From a virus (lineage: Duplodnaviria > Caudoviricetes), in IMG/VR virus record IMGVR_UViG_3300044266_000149, positions 1 to 40,315 of that record: a DNA stretch of 40,315 nt; one strand, written 5' to 3'. Positions 1 to 9,368 of the stretch are shown here, one piece after another (within the stretch, counting starts at the first letter, position 1; every line of letters starts with the position of its first letter). Position numbers and translations under genes: made by a program. Under the pieces are notes generated by a model. The model made no database searches. It was not told where the DNA came from and saw only the letters and a program-made list of their open reading frames with translations.

Positions 1-2
1 GT

Positions 3-890
3 GATGACGATGACTTAGATGACGACCACGGCGACGGGAGTGATGATCCCCAGCGTGAAGCTATTCGTCAAGCTCGTCGTGAAGAGCGCAAGCTGAAGAA
101 ACAAATCCATCGTGAGAAGGCTCGTGAATCTAACCACCTGATCAATATGCTCAAACGTCAGAATGAGCAGATGGCTCAGCGTGTAGCTGAACTTGAACGC
201 CGCTCCGCTGGCGCTGATTCCGCTCGTCTGGATAAGGCGATCGAAGACGGCCAGTTGCGCTTGCAATACGCCAAGATGAAAATCGCTGAAGCGACGAAAG
301 CCGGTAACGGCGAAGCGTTGGTCGAGGCGCAAGAAGCTTGGTACGAAGCTCGCCGACAAGTGGAGGCTCTCGAAGCAACTAAGAAGCGTGCATCAACCCC
401 CGATTCTTCAGGCGTGCCCCGCGCTCCTGATCCTCGGTTGAAGAAACATGCCTCTGACTGGATGGCCCGTAACGACTGGTATGATCCTGAAGGCCGCGAC
501 GTTGATTCTAAGATCACCGTCAAGCTGGATGAAGCTCTGGTTGAAGAAGGCTGGGATCCAACGACCCAAGAATACTGGGAAGAGCTGGATTCTCGCGTGT
601 CGAAGTATTTGCCCCATCGCGCCAGCCGTCGCTCTGATGACGGTGATGACGGTGACGGTGAATTCCGCAGCCAAAACCAGCAGCAACAACGCCGCACGCG
701 CCCCCGCTCGCCCGTAGGCAGCTCTGGCCGTGACAACCAAGGCGGCTCCAATACTCGCGCTGGCGAGTTCCGCTTGTCCCCTGATCGCGTGAAGGCGATT
801 AAAGACGCAGGCAAGTGGGACGACCCAGTCGAACGCCAGAAAATGGCCCGCCGTTACGCTGAGTACGACCGTGCTCACAACATTCGGTAA
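3..890 (+). CDS. Putative capsid scaffolding protein (5'-truncated by window edge)
   Basis: The frame of ORF 147..890 is open back to position 3 (DDDDLDDDHGDGSDDPQREAIRQARREERKLKK...). Acidic then coiled-coil, with a C-terminal RLSPDRVKAIKDAG...YAEY tail; lies upstream of the capsid genes. Confidence 0.65.
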   Translation, partial: DDDDLDDDHGDGSDDPQREAIRQARREERKLKKQIHREKARESNHLINMLKRQNEQMAQRVAELERRSAGADSARLDKAIEDGQLRLQYAKMKIAEATKAGNGEALVEAQEAWYEARRQVEALEATKKRASTPDSSGVPRAPDPRLKKHASDWMARNDWYDPEGRDVDSKITVKLDEALVEEGWDPTTQEYWEELDSRVSKYLPHRASRRSDDGDDGDGEFRSQNQQQQRRTRPRSPVGSSGRDNQGGSNTRAGEFRLSPDRVKAIKDAGKWDDPVERQKMARRYAEYDRAHNIR

Positions 891-891
891 T

Positions 892-904
892 TTGAGGTTA
901 AAAT
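892..904 (+). promoter_or_regulatory. Putative promoter -10-like element TTGAGGTTAAAAT
   Basis: Intergenic; TAAAAT hexamer; 12/13 identical to the minus-strand element at 35803-35815. Confidence 0.4.
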
Positions 905-951
905 TTCATCAACTCAACCGCTGAACGTACAGTTCGGCAGAGGAAACAAAC

Positions 952-1548
952 ATGACAGACGAAACTAAAAAGCCCGCTGAAGTCAAAGCCGCAACCGCAG
1001 CTGACAAAGGCGCGGATGACCGTCTCAAAAAAGATCTAACCGCTGGTGGTCGTGAGTCCCGCGCATCGCAGGACCGTCGCTCCGATAAGGAATCACTGGC
1101 AAGCGCACAGGAACGTCGCAGAATGTTCCGGAACGAGTGGATTCAAGAATCCTTACCGTCACCCCCGCCCATACCTGGTTTCCACGTATGCTGGCTTTCA
1201 ACAACCAATGGCTACGATCCAATCCACAAACGTACGCGTATGGGCTACACGCCCGTGACGATCGATGAAGTACCAGGATTTGAGAACTATCGCGTCAAAG
1301 CGGGCGAGCACGCCGGATTTGTAGCTTGTAACGAAATGCTTCTGTACAAGATCCCTGAAGAAATCTATCAGGAGATCATGGCTGAATTGCACCACTACGC
1401 ACCTCAGGATGAAGCGGACAAGATCCGTATTCAAGCTGAACAAGTGCAAGGCGGTCAGCGAGACAGCAACGGTCGCGCGTTGGGTTCACTTGAAGGCGAT
1501 GGCATCCGTAACCTTGATGAGGCAAAGCCCGTTCCGGTATTTACCTGA
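952..1548 (+). CDS. Conserved phage hypothetical protein (head module)
   Basis: 198-aa ORF with SD GAGGA; PPPIPGFHVCW...GYTPV...MLLYKIP pattern; located between scaffold and capsid genes. Confidence 0.7.
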   Translation: MTDETKKPAEVKAATAADKGADDRLKKDLTAGGRESRASQDRRSDKESLASAQERRRMFRNEWIQESLPSPPPIPGFHVCWLSTTNGYDPIHKRTRMGYTPVTIDEVPGFENYRVKAGEHAGFVACNEMLLYKIPEEIYQEIMAELHHYAPQDEADKIRIQAEQVQGGQRDSNGRALGSLEGDGIRNLDEAKPVPVFT

Positions 1549-1579
1549 TCGGATTCACACCATCAACTGGAGATAGACT

Positions 1580-2164
1580 ATGTCTGCAACGAATGCTCCG
1601 TTTGGTCTGCGTCCCGCCTTCCATCCCTCTGGTTTGGATCGCGCTCAAGCGCTGGCCAACGGTATCGCAAGCGGCTACGCCTCAAACATCTTGAAAGGCC
1701 AAGCCGTCAAATATCTGGCATCTAACGGTGTCATCAACGCTGTCACTGGTACTGAAGCATTCTCTGGCGCCTTCGCTGGCGTGGAGTTTACTGATACTAC
1801 CGGTCGTCGCCGTGTGTCTAACTACTGGCCCGCAAGCACCACTTTCCAAGCTGGTTCTTGCATTGCTTATTTCTACAACGACCCCAACATCGTGTACGAA
1901 ATCCAAGCTGACGGCTCTTTGGCTCAGACCTCCATCGGTAACGAAGCCAACTTGACCACTGCTAACTTGGCAGCTGGCTCCACTGTTACCGGTCTTTCCG
2001 CTAGCACTTTGTCTACCACCTTGGTTGGTAACGGCGTGCAAGGTCAGATGCGCATCGTGGATATCGCCCCCTACGTTGACAATAACTGGGGTGACCCCTA
2101 CGTTGTTGTCCGTGCGGTTATCTCTAACACTCAAATGTTCGGTGCATTCACCGCATTTGCATAA
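1580..2164 (+). CDS. Putative capsid cement/decoration protein
   Basis: SD GGAG; N-terminal NAPFGLRP motif; small G/A/T-rich beta protein immediately upstream of the major capsid gene. Confidence 0.6.
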   Translation: MSATNAPFGLRPAFHPSGLDRAQALANGIASGYASNILKGQAVKYLASNGVINAVTGTEAFSGAFAGVEFTDTTGRRRVSNYWPASTTFQAGSCIAYFYNDPNIVYEIQADGSLAQTSIGNEANLTTANLAAGSTVTGLSASTLSTTLVGNGVQGQMRIVDIAPYVDNNWGDPYVVVRAVISNTQMFGAFTAFA

Positions 2165-2179
2165 TAGGAGGAAGCTAAA

Positions 2180-3094
2180 ATGGCAGCCCCAATGCGCAGT
2201 ACGGACTTCCGTAGTATTGTTGAGCCGATTCTCAACGAATGCTTCGATGGAGTCTATGACCAACGTAAAGACGAATGGTCACGTGTGTTCCGCGAGGAAC
2301 AAGGTATCCCACGTAACTACCACGAAGAACCCGTCCTCTACGGTTTCGGTGCAGCCCCCGTGTTGCCTGACGGCACCCCCGTCAGCTACCAACAAGGTGG
2401 CGTTCTGTTCCTCAAACGCTATGTCTACCAAGTGTTCGGCTTGGCGTTCGCCCTCACGAAAGTGTTGGTCGAGGACGGTGACCACATCCGTATCGGTCAG
2501 GTTTACGCCCGCCACTTGGCTCAATCGTTGATTGAAACCAAGGAAACTTTGGCAGCCAACGTTCTGAACCGCGCTTTCAACTCCAGCTACGCTGGTGGTG
2601 ACGGTGTGGCTTTGAACAGCAACGCTCACCCCATCGTTACTGGTACCGCCAGCAACTTGTTGAGCACCGCTGCTAACTTGTCGCAGACCTCGCTTGAGCA
2701 AATGCTCATCCAGATCCGTCAAGCAGTCGACAACAACGGTAAGAAGATCCGTTTGGTTCCCCGCCAGTTGGTGGTGGCACCAGGCAACGTCTTCCAAGCT
2801 GAAGTGTTGCTGAAGTCGGTTCTCCGCGCTGGTACAGCCAACAACGACATCAACCCTGTTAAGTCTATCGGCCTCTTGGACGAAGGCGCAGCAGTGTTGT
2901 CTCGTTTGACTAACGCCAACGCATGGTGGGTTCAGACCGACGCTCCTGAGGGCATGAAGCTCTTGATGCGTCGCGCTCTTGAGAAGACCATGGAAGGTGA
3001 CTTCGAAACTGACTCGATGCGCTACAAGGCCACCGAGCGTTACGACGTCGGCTTCACCGACTGGCGTGCAATGTACGGCACTCCTGGCGTCTAA
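2180..3094 (+). CDS. Major capsid protein (HK97 fold, Mu gpT-like)
   Basis: Strong SD AGGAGG; 304 aa; motifs GFGAAP..PDG..V.Y, GDGVAL.S.AHP, LVVAP, RYKATERYDVGFTDWRAMYGTPG; strongly biased codons. Confidence 0.88.
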   Translation: MAAPMRSTDFRSIVEPILNECFDGVYDQRKDEWSRVFREEQGIPRNYHEEPVLYGFGAAPVLPDGTPVSYQQGGVLFLKRYVYQVFGLAFALTKVLVEDGDHIRIGQVYARHLAQSLIETKETLAANVLNRAFNSSYAGGDGVALNSNAHPIVTGTASNLLSTAANLSQTSLEQMLIQIRQAVDNNGKKIRLVPRQLVVAPGNVFQAEVLLKSVLRAGTANNDINPVKSIGLLDEGAAVLSRLTNANAWWVQTDAPEGMKLLMRRALEKTMEGDFETDSMRYKATERYDVGFTDWRAMYGTPGV

Positions 3095-3112
3095 TCAACG
3101 CCAACAGGCTTC

Positions 3113-3141
3113 GGGGGGAGCCTTAATCCCCCCACTATTTT
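3113..3141 (+). terminator. Putative rho-independent terminator after capsid gene
   Basis: GGGGGGA-gccttaa-TCCCCCC stem followed by ACTATTTT. Confidence 0.6.
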
Positions 3142-3177
3142 CAACATCTGAACAAACTTTTCAAGAAGGAGTTCAAA

Positions 3178-4152
3178 ATGCAAGTTTCTGACGATCTGTT
3201 CTTGGGCACGGCCCAGACATTCATGGGTTTGACCCGCCAACAAAACGTAGCAACCTTCACAGGCTCTATCGCTACAACTACCCTTACAGTGACCGCCCTG
3301 TTGAACGGCGTTCCTCTGCAAGTCGGTATGCAAATTAACGGTTCCGGCGTAACTGGCGGCACCTACATCACAGGTTTTGGTACCGGTGTCGGCGGCGTCG
3401 GCACTTACACTGTGAACAACTCTCAAACTGCAGCTTCTACCACCATCGTTGGGGGCTTTGAAGACTACCTGCCTGACCCCGCGCAGATGGAACTCGGCGT
3501 CGGTCCTCTGGGTCGCGTCTATGTCTGGGATACCGTTCCCGTGACCGCAGGTACTGCAACTGTTTGCGCTTCTCAAACTCCCGCAGCCGCTGGCGCTTTG
3601 AGCTTGCTCACAACTAGCACTCTCGGTAACCGCTATCTGCAACGTGCTGACGGTACCAACGTGGTGCAGCTTGACGTACCTCGCGCTCTCAACATCACGC
3701 TGGTTGGCGGCGGTACTTCTCGCGTTTACACGATCTCTGGCTGGGACATCTACGGTCAACCTATGACTGAGAACATCACCTCCAGCGCAGGTGCTACTGT
3801 ATCTGGTAAGAAAGCTTTCTTCCAAGTGGCCTCTGTCGTTGGCGCTGTTGGCGGTTCTGGTACGGCTATTACCGTAGGCACCACTGAACTTTTGGGTATC
3901 CCAGTCCGCGTTACTGATGCCGGCTACGTTATCCACGTCGGTTGGAACGGCGGCCTTGCTGACGCTGGCGGTACTGTTACCGTTGCTGATCAAGCTACCG
4001 CTACATCTACTACTGGTGACGTTCGCGGCACCTACACATTGCCTACCACCTCGAACGGTCAAGCCCGTCTCGTGATGTCTATCGCAATCCCCGCTATCGC
4101 GTGCGGCCCCAACGCAACCCGCTTGGGCGCTCTGGGTGTAACTCAAGCCTAA
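3178..4152 (+). CDS. Virion structural protein (beta-rich, T/G/V-rich)
   Basis: SD AAGGAG; 324 aa; follows the capsid gene; contains a small inserted beta module ([13 protein letters not shown]...[10 protein letters not shown]). Confidence 0.65.
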   Translation: MQVSDDLFLGTAQTFMGLTRQQNVATFTGSIATTTLTVTALLNGVPLQVGMQINGSGVTGGTYITGFGTGVGGVGTYTVNNSQTAASTTIVGGFEDYLPDPAQMELGVGPLGRVYVWDTVPVTAGTATVCASQTPAAAGALSLLTTSTLGNRYLQRADGTNVVQLDVPRALNITLVGGGTSRVYTISGWDIYGQPMTENITSSAGATVSGKKAFFQVASVVGAVGGSGTAITVGTTELLGIPVRVTDAGYVIHVGWNGGLADAGGTVTVADQATATSTTGDVRGTYTLPTTSNGQARLVMSIAIPAIACGPNATRLGALGVTQA

Positions 4153-4163
4153 GGAGGCGTATC

Positions 4164-5099
4164 ATGAGTGAATTCAAGACAATGCCAAAGATGAGTTCTT
4201 CCGAGAACTCTTTGGCCAATGCCGGCAGCGGCTCTAGCCGCTCAGTCAACGGTAAAGTCAAGGTGGCGACTGCTAGCAATAGCAGCAAAGGCGTGCAGAA
4301 GTTCAAAGACGGCGGTAAGGTGAAAAAGGCTGACGGCGGCGCCATGGGCGCTCTGGCTGACGCTGCAACCTCTCGCATGGCTTTGAAGGGCCTCGCTAAG
4401 AAGAAGCCTCAACCTATGGGCGGTCGCCCTATGGTTGGCGCTCCTACTTCTATCGGCGGCCAACCTTCTCGCGGTCAACCTTTTGCCCCCGCACCTGCCC
4501 CTACCGGCATGGCTACCCCAGCTATGAAGAAGGGTGGAGCGATGAAGAAGGCTGAAGGCGGCAAAGCTGATATGGCCCAAGACAAGGCTATGATCAAGAA
4601 AGCCTTCAAGCAGCACGACGCTCAAGAGCACAAAGACGGTAAGGGTACGGACCTCAAGTTGAAGACTGGCGGTACGCCCCCAAAATTTAAGGGTGGCGGC
4701 TCTATCGGTGGAGCCTCCAAGGTGTACTCTTCGGGTACATCAGGCATGCCCCGTGGCACCGAACCAACAGCTACGAAGGCTGCTTTGAACTCTGGTGAGG
4801 CAGGTTTTGCTAAGACCCGCCACAAGACTACACAGGGCGTCACTTCTAGCGGCCTTACCAACTACGGCAGCGGTACAAAGGGCGTTGACAAGACCCGCAC
4901 AGGCGCATTTGCGTTTGGTGGCCCTGTCGGCAATGACCCGCAAGTCGTCCAAGGTAAAGCCAAAGGCGGTAAAGTCAAGAAGTACGCCAACGGCGGCACA
5001 GTGGCTGGTAAGCCTCTGCTCGGTGCGAAGAAGATGGAGGAGGGCAAGCGAGCCCCTTCCGCTCCTGTGCGTATCGATCGCCTCGCTGGTACGTTCTAA
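4164..5099 (+). CDS. K/G/A/M-rich low-complexity protein with repeated xGG motifs (possible internal head protein)
   Basis: Start reassigned to ATG 4164 (SD AAGGAGG); repeats FKDGG, KADGG, MKKGG, KAEGG, LKTGG, FKGGG, FAFGG, KAKGG, YANGG. Confidence 0.65.
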   Translation: MSEFKTMPKMSSSENSLANAGSGSSRSVNGKVKVATASNSSKGVQKFKDGGKVKKADGGAMGALADAATSRMALKGLAKKKPQPMGGRPMVGAPTSIGGQPSRGQPFAPAPAPTGMATPAMKKGGAMKKAEGGKADMAQDKAMIKKAFKQHDAQEHKDGKGTDLKLKTGGTPPKFKGGGSIGGASKVYSSGTSGMPRGTEPTATKAALNSGEAGFAKTRHKTTQGVTSSGLTNYGSGTKGVDKTRTGAFAFGGPVGNDPQVVQGKAKGGKVKKYANGGTVAGKPLLGAKKMEEGKRAPSAPVRIDRLAGTF

Positions 5100-5101
5100 T
5101 C

Positions 5102-5123
5102 AAGGGGGCTTCGGCCCCCTTTT
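5102..5123 (+). terminator. Rho-independent terminator
   Basis: AAGGGGGC-TTCG-GCCCCCTTTT: perfect GC stem, UUCG tetraloop, U tail. Confidence 0.85.
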
Positions 5124-5139
5124 CAAATACAGGTGAAAT

Positions 5140-7776
5140 ATGGGCGTTCTATCCTCAGCCGTAACGGCAATCTCTCGCGGGGACATGCAATCGGACGTGC
5201 AGTACGCTGCGCGGTCTTCTGCTTATGACCCAGTAGACAAAGTTCGGGTTTCTACCCCTCAGTCTTTGATCGACACTGACTTCGAATACGGCGTACAGCC
5301 TACGAAGTGGGAGTCGTTGTTCTTGCAGAACAATCGTCAAAGTACGTACTACTTCCCTCAGAGTCCTCTAAACCCTACCGCTACCCCCACTATCACAAGT
5401 GACGGGGCCTCACCCCGATCTCTGATCACAGTAACGATCAACGATACAGGTGGTATGGCTGCGGGTGACCCCGTTTTCATCCAAGGTACTTTGAACCCCT
5501 TGGCGAACGGCTGGTTCCGTATTGAAGCCCTTACGGCAAACACGTCGTTTACGTACTTTGCGGCTGGTCAGGTTACCAACGTAGCTGGCGGTATCTGGAA
5601 CCAAGCCAGTACGTATATCTACAAAGGGTTCTACTTCACAAACGCTGGTATTCAGCTGAGCGTAACGAACGCGTTTTCTCCGGCTGGTACCACTGTGACA
5701 GTGACTACAGCGAACCCCCACGGTCTTGCTCCCAACGATCAGATCTACGTTACCGGTGTGACTGGTACAAACCCTCCAAACGGAGCATGGGTAGTAGCTA
5801 CTGTACCTACTGCAAACTCTTTCACGTTTACGTCCATCAACGCTTCGTCAGGTCTTACTAACCCTGCAGGTAACGCATGCCTCTATGCACGTCCTACAGG
5901 CGGTGTGGACACTCGTCCTTTTGACGGCGGCGTGCAGTTTACTGCGGGTGCCAACGTACCGAACGCGCAGATGATCCGCCAGACTCGTCGCTATTTCCGT
6001 TACCAATCTGGTAAAGGTATTCAGTTTTCCACTGGCTCTAGCTTGAAACCTGCTATTCAGGTGCAGTCTTTGACTGCTTCTAGCTATACAGTCACCGTGA
6101 CAACTGTGTACCCGCACAACCTGACAGCGGGTACGGTAGTAACTGTAGCCAACGCGAACCAGACCGAGTACAACGGCACATGGACAATCTTGACTACGCC
6201 AACGTCAACCACGTTTACGTATCAAGCCACTACCCCTCCCTCTGTAAGCCCAGCTACAACCTCGTCAGCATTCCGCTTGAACCCCGTATACTGGTGGGGC
6301 TCTGCGAACCGTGTTGGTATCTTTGATCAACAGAACGGTTTGTTCTTTGAGTTTGACGGCCAGACTTTGTACGCATGCCGCCGCTCTAGTACAACTCAAA
6401 TTACCGGTGTTGTGCAGGTAACTCAGGGTAACGGCTTAGTCACCGGTATCGGTACTGCGTTCTCTAGCCAGCTGACCATCGGTGATTTCATCGTTATTCG
6501 CGGCCAGTCGTATCGAGTGATCAACATCGCCAGCGATACGCAACTGTACATCAGCCCTGAGTATCGCGGCGCTTCTTACACTGGCGCTACAACTGGCGGT
6601 TACCAAGTCTCGAAAACGATCGACACTAAGGTACCTCAGTCTCAGTGGTGGGATCCATGTGACGGCACAGGTCCTTCTGGTTACGTCTTGGATACTACCA
6701 AGATGCAGATGTGGTACATTGACTACAGCTGGTACGGCGCTGGCGTGGCTCGCTTCGGTTTCCGCGCTCAAGGCGGCGCAGTTACCTACGTGTACGCATT
6801 CCAGCACAACAACAACCAGTATGAAGCCTACATGCGTTCTGGCAACTTGCCTGCCCACTATGAGTCTAACGGCTTCTTGCCGATCACGACTCTTTCGGCC
6901 ACGCTGGCTAACACCGCAGCCGTAGGTTCGTATATCAGCGTCAACAGCACCGCAGGTTTCCCTCTTACCGGCCAGATCCGCATTACAAACGCAGGGCAAA
7001 CAGGTACAGCTGAAGTTATCAGCTATGACGTTCGAACCTCCAACTCTTTCCGCATTTCTGCACGTGCGCAGACTGGCGGTCAAGCGTCTGCTCAGACGTT
7101 TACATACAGCGCAACTGCACCTGTCGGAGTTGAATTGGTGTATCCAGATGCAGCCGTTCCTCTAGCTCACTGGGGATCGTCTTCTATCATGGACGGGCGT
7201 TTCGATGACGACAAGTCGTTGCTGTTTAACTATGGTATGACTACTTCGTTGTCTATCGCGGCAGCTGCTCAAGTACCGCTACTCGCGTTGCGTATCGGCC
7301 CATCGGTAGATACTGGTCAGGTAGGTTTGCTAGGTAACCGAGAAATCATCAACCACATGCAGCTTCAGGCGACTGAACTCGCGGTGATTACTACTGGTAC
7401 CTTCTTGATTCAAGCGATCTTGAACGGTTACACTACCACATTCTCCGGAACGTTCGGTAAAGTGAGTGCAGGTACTCAGACTTCCTCGTCTCTAGCTCAG
7501 ATCGCGGTGAACACAACTACAACTGCCTCTATCACTGGGGGTGAATCTGTAGCGGCAGCGTTTACAAACACTTCTGGACAAACGACTCTGGATCTGACGC
7601 AGGTGCGTGATATCGGTAACTCGATTTTGGGCGGCGGTTTGATCAACACCGTACCCACTTCGTATGCCGGCGTCTACCCTGACGGTCCTGATATCTTGTA
7701 CATCGTTGCTACCAACGTCGGCGCGTCAGCTGCCTCTGTGCAAGCTCGCGTGACTTGGAAAGAAGCTCAAGCGTAA
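5140..7776 (+). CDS. Large virion structural protein with repeated beta modules
   Basis: 878 aa, T/G/S-rich; repeated VTVTT..PH.L..G..(I/V).V....NG.W.(V/I)....T..TFT(Y/F) modules; IRQTRRYFRYQSGKG and WYGAG..RFG motifs seen in phage structural proteins. Confidence 0.7.
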   Translation: MGVLSSAVTAISRGDMQSDVQYAARSSAYDPVDKVRVSTPQSLIDTDFEYGVQPTKWESLFLQNNRQSTYYFPQSPLNPTATPTITSDGASPRSLITVTINDTGGMAAGDPVFIQGTLNPLANGWFRIEALTANTSFTYFAAGQVTNVAGGIWNQASTYIYKGFYFTNAGIQLSVTNAFSPAGTTVTVTTANPHGLAPNDQIYVTGVTGTNPPNGAWVVATVPTANSFTFTSINASSGLTNPAGNACLYARPTGGVDTRPFDGGVQFTAGANVPNAQMIRQTRRYFRYQSGKGIQFSTGSSLKPAIQVQSLTASSYTVTVTTVYPHNLTAGTVVTVANANQTEYNGTWTILTTPTSTTFTYQATTPPSVSPATTSSAFRLNPVYWWGSANRVGIFDQQNGLFFEFDGQTLYACRRSSTTQITGVVQVTQGNGLVTGIGTAFSSQLTIGDFIVIRGQSYRVINIASDTQLYISPEYRGASYTGATTGGYQVSKTIDTKVPQSQWWDPCDGTGPSGYVLDTTKMQMWYIDYSWYGAGVARFGFRAQGGAVTYVYAFQHNNNQYEAYMRSGNLPAHYESNGFLPITTLSATLANTAAVGSYISVNSTAGFPLTGQIRITNAGQTGTAEVISYDVRTSNSFRISARAQTGGQASAQTFTYSATAPVGVELVYPDAAVPLAHWGSSSIMDGRFDDDKSLLFNYGMTTSLSIAAAAQVPLLALRIGPSVDTGQVGLLGNREIINHMQLQATELAVITTGTFLIQAILNGYTTTFSGTFGKVSAGTQTSSSLAQIAVNTTTTASITGGESVAAAFTNTSGQTTLDLTQVRDIGNSILGGGLINTVPTSYAGVYPDGPDILYIVATNVGASAASVQARVTWKEAQA

Positions 7777-7786
7777 GGAGAAAACC

Positions 7787-7978
7787 ATGCCCGCAACTTC
7801 GAAAGCCCAGTTCCGCTTGATGAAAGCGATCGAACACAGTCCCAAGGTAGCAAAGAAATTCGGTATGTCTCAGTCTAAAGCTGCTGAGTACACCGAGTCT
7901 AATACCGGCAAGAAGGGCTATTCGAAGTTGCCCTCCCGCAAAACTACCGCTAAGAAGGCGGGCGGGAGCTGCTGGTGA
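7787..7978 (+). CDS. Small basic phage protein (MPATSKAQFRLM...)
   Basis: SD AAGGAG; 63 aa, Lys-rich; ends KKAGGSCW. Confidence 0.7.
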   Translation: MPATSKAQFRLMKAIEHSPKVAKKFGMSQSKAAEYTESNTGKKGYSKLPSRKTTAKKAGGSCW

Positions 7979-8007
7979 AACGCGGACTTTATCCAGGATG
8001 GTGATAT

Positions 8008-9075
8008 ATGGCGTACTCTGGAACTACAGGACAAACCCGAATCAACGTACAGACGCTGATTGACCACGGCGCTCGTCGTTGCGGTAAATTAGCGGCTGAG
8101 TTGACGTCGGAACAACTCTTGTCGGCCCGTGAGTCTTTGTTCTTTCTGTTGTCTAACCTAGGCAACATCGGGATCAACTACTGGGCTATCAATAAGACCG
8201 TGATCGGTTTGATGCCTGATCAGTATATCTATGAGCTTCCTGATGGAGCGATTGATGTACTGAACGGCCTCTATCGCACGATGACTCGCCCCGCAGGCAC
8301 CCCTACCTCATCGGCGGGGGGTGTAGCCGCAAACGCATTTGACGAAAATCTAGATACGTATTGCCAACAAAGCACGCCCAACGGCAACATATCTGTACAG
8401 TATACTGATGACCAGTACATCGGCTCTATCGGCATTATGCCATACATTGCTGGTGGCGGTTCTCAAACATGGAACATCGTGTACGAATACAGTATGGACG
8501 GCGTAACGTGGAGCACCTTAAATAACGTAGGCGCTGTGCAGGTGACTGATAAACAATGGCTGTGGACAGATATTGATCCTGGTCAGAGTGTCATGTTCTA
8601 CCGAATCCGCGCTACGGACGGCACAACCTTGTCGTTGCGTGAGTTCTACCTAGGTACAAACAGCAATGAGATCCCTCTAGCACGTTTGAACCGTGATGAC
8701 TACACGAACCTGCCTAAGAAGAACTTCACCGCCAACAATCCATACCAATACTGGTTCAATCGTACGATTCCGAACCCAGGTATGTATTTGTGGCCAACGC
8801 CTTCTAGCGCGTTTGTCCAGTTGACCGTGTGGTATTCTCGTCAAATCATGGACGTAGGAGCCCTGACAAACGAGATTGAGGTACCCCAACGCTGGTATGA
8901 GGCCGTCGTTATGATGCTCGCTCACCGCATGTCTCTTGAATTACCTGGTGTGCCTCTAGCCCGCGTCACGTACCTTGAGAATCAAGCAGAGAAGTACTTG
9001 TACATCGCTGAGCAAGAAGAACGCGATAAGTCACCAATGTACTTCGCCCCCAACATCTCTGTATATACGGAGTAA
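8008..9075 (+). CDS. Putative head-tail adaptor with inserted discoidin/F5/8-like domain
   Basis: Adaptor-like N- and C-parts (ARESLFFLL..L.N.GIN.W; LNRDDY.NLP.K...P.QYW.NR; LWPTP; VPQRWYEA) flank ANAFDENLDT...EYSMDGVTWSTL...FYRIRA...LREFYLG. Confidence 0.65.
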   Translation: MAYSGTTGQTRINVQTLIDHGARRCGKLAAELTSEQLLSARESLFFLLSNLGNIGINYWAINKTVIGLMPDQYIYELPDGAIDVLNGLYRTMTRPAGTPTSSAGGVAANAFDENLDTYCQQSTPNGNISVQYTDDQYIGSIGIMPYIAGGGSQTWNIVYEYSMDGVTWSTLNNVGAVQVTDKQWLWTDIDPGQSVMFYRIRATDGTTLSLREFYLGTNSNEIPLARLNRDDYTNLPKKNFTANNPYQYWFNRTIPNPGMYLWPTPSSAFVQLTVWYSRQIMDVGALTNEIEVPQRWYEAVVMMLAHRMSLELPGVPLARVTYLENQAEKYLYIAEQEERDKSPMYFAPNISVYTE

Positions 9076-9078
9076 CGA

Positions 9079-9354
9079 ATGCCCCGCTTTCTGGACACTC
9101 GCGGTAAGGCTTCACTGGCTATCGGTATTTGCGACCGTTGCCGGATGAAACGCGCCTACTCAACCTTGAGTCCAGATACTAATTTTCCTGGGTTGATGGT
9201 CTGTACAGAAGGCTGTAAAGACGAAAAAGACCCGTATCGCTTGCCCGCACGGCAAACTGAAAAGATCGCACTCAAAACTCCACGCCCAGATGTGGATTTG
9301 ACAGGAGTAGACGACCAGTCTCCCGAGTATGAAGGCAAGTATGGACCGACATAA
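9079..9354 (+). CDS. Small Cys-containing phage protein (possible Zn-binding)
   Basis: AIGICDRC...GLMVCTEGCKDEKDPY...PRPD pattern. Confidence 0.7.
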   Translation: MPRFLDTRGKASLAIGICDRCRMKRAYSTLSPDTNFPGLMVCTEGCKDEKDPYRLPARQTEKIALKTPRPDVDLTGVDDQSPEYEGKYGPT

Positions 9355-9368
9355 TTTGAAGGACTACT

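Noticed and set aside
3091-4146. Long antisense ORFs (e.g. 3091..4146, 176..814, 14244..14981, 25801..26535, 32623..33174)
   Set aside because: They shadow well-supported genes on the opposite strand, lack recognisable motifs or RBSs, and are explained by codon bias or low complexity.
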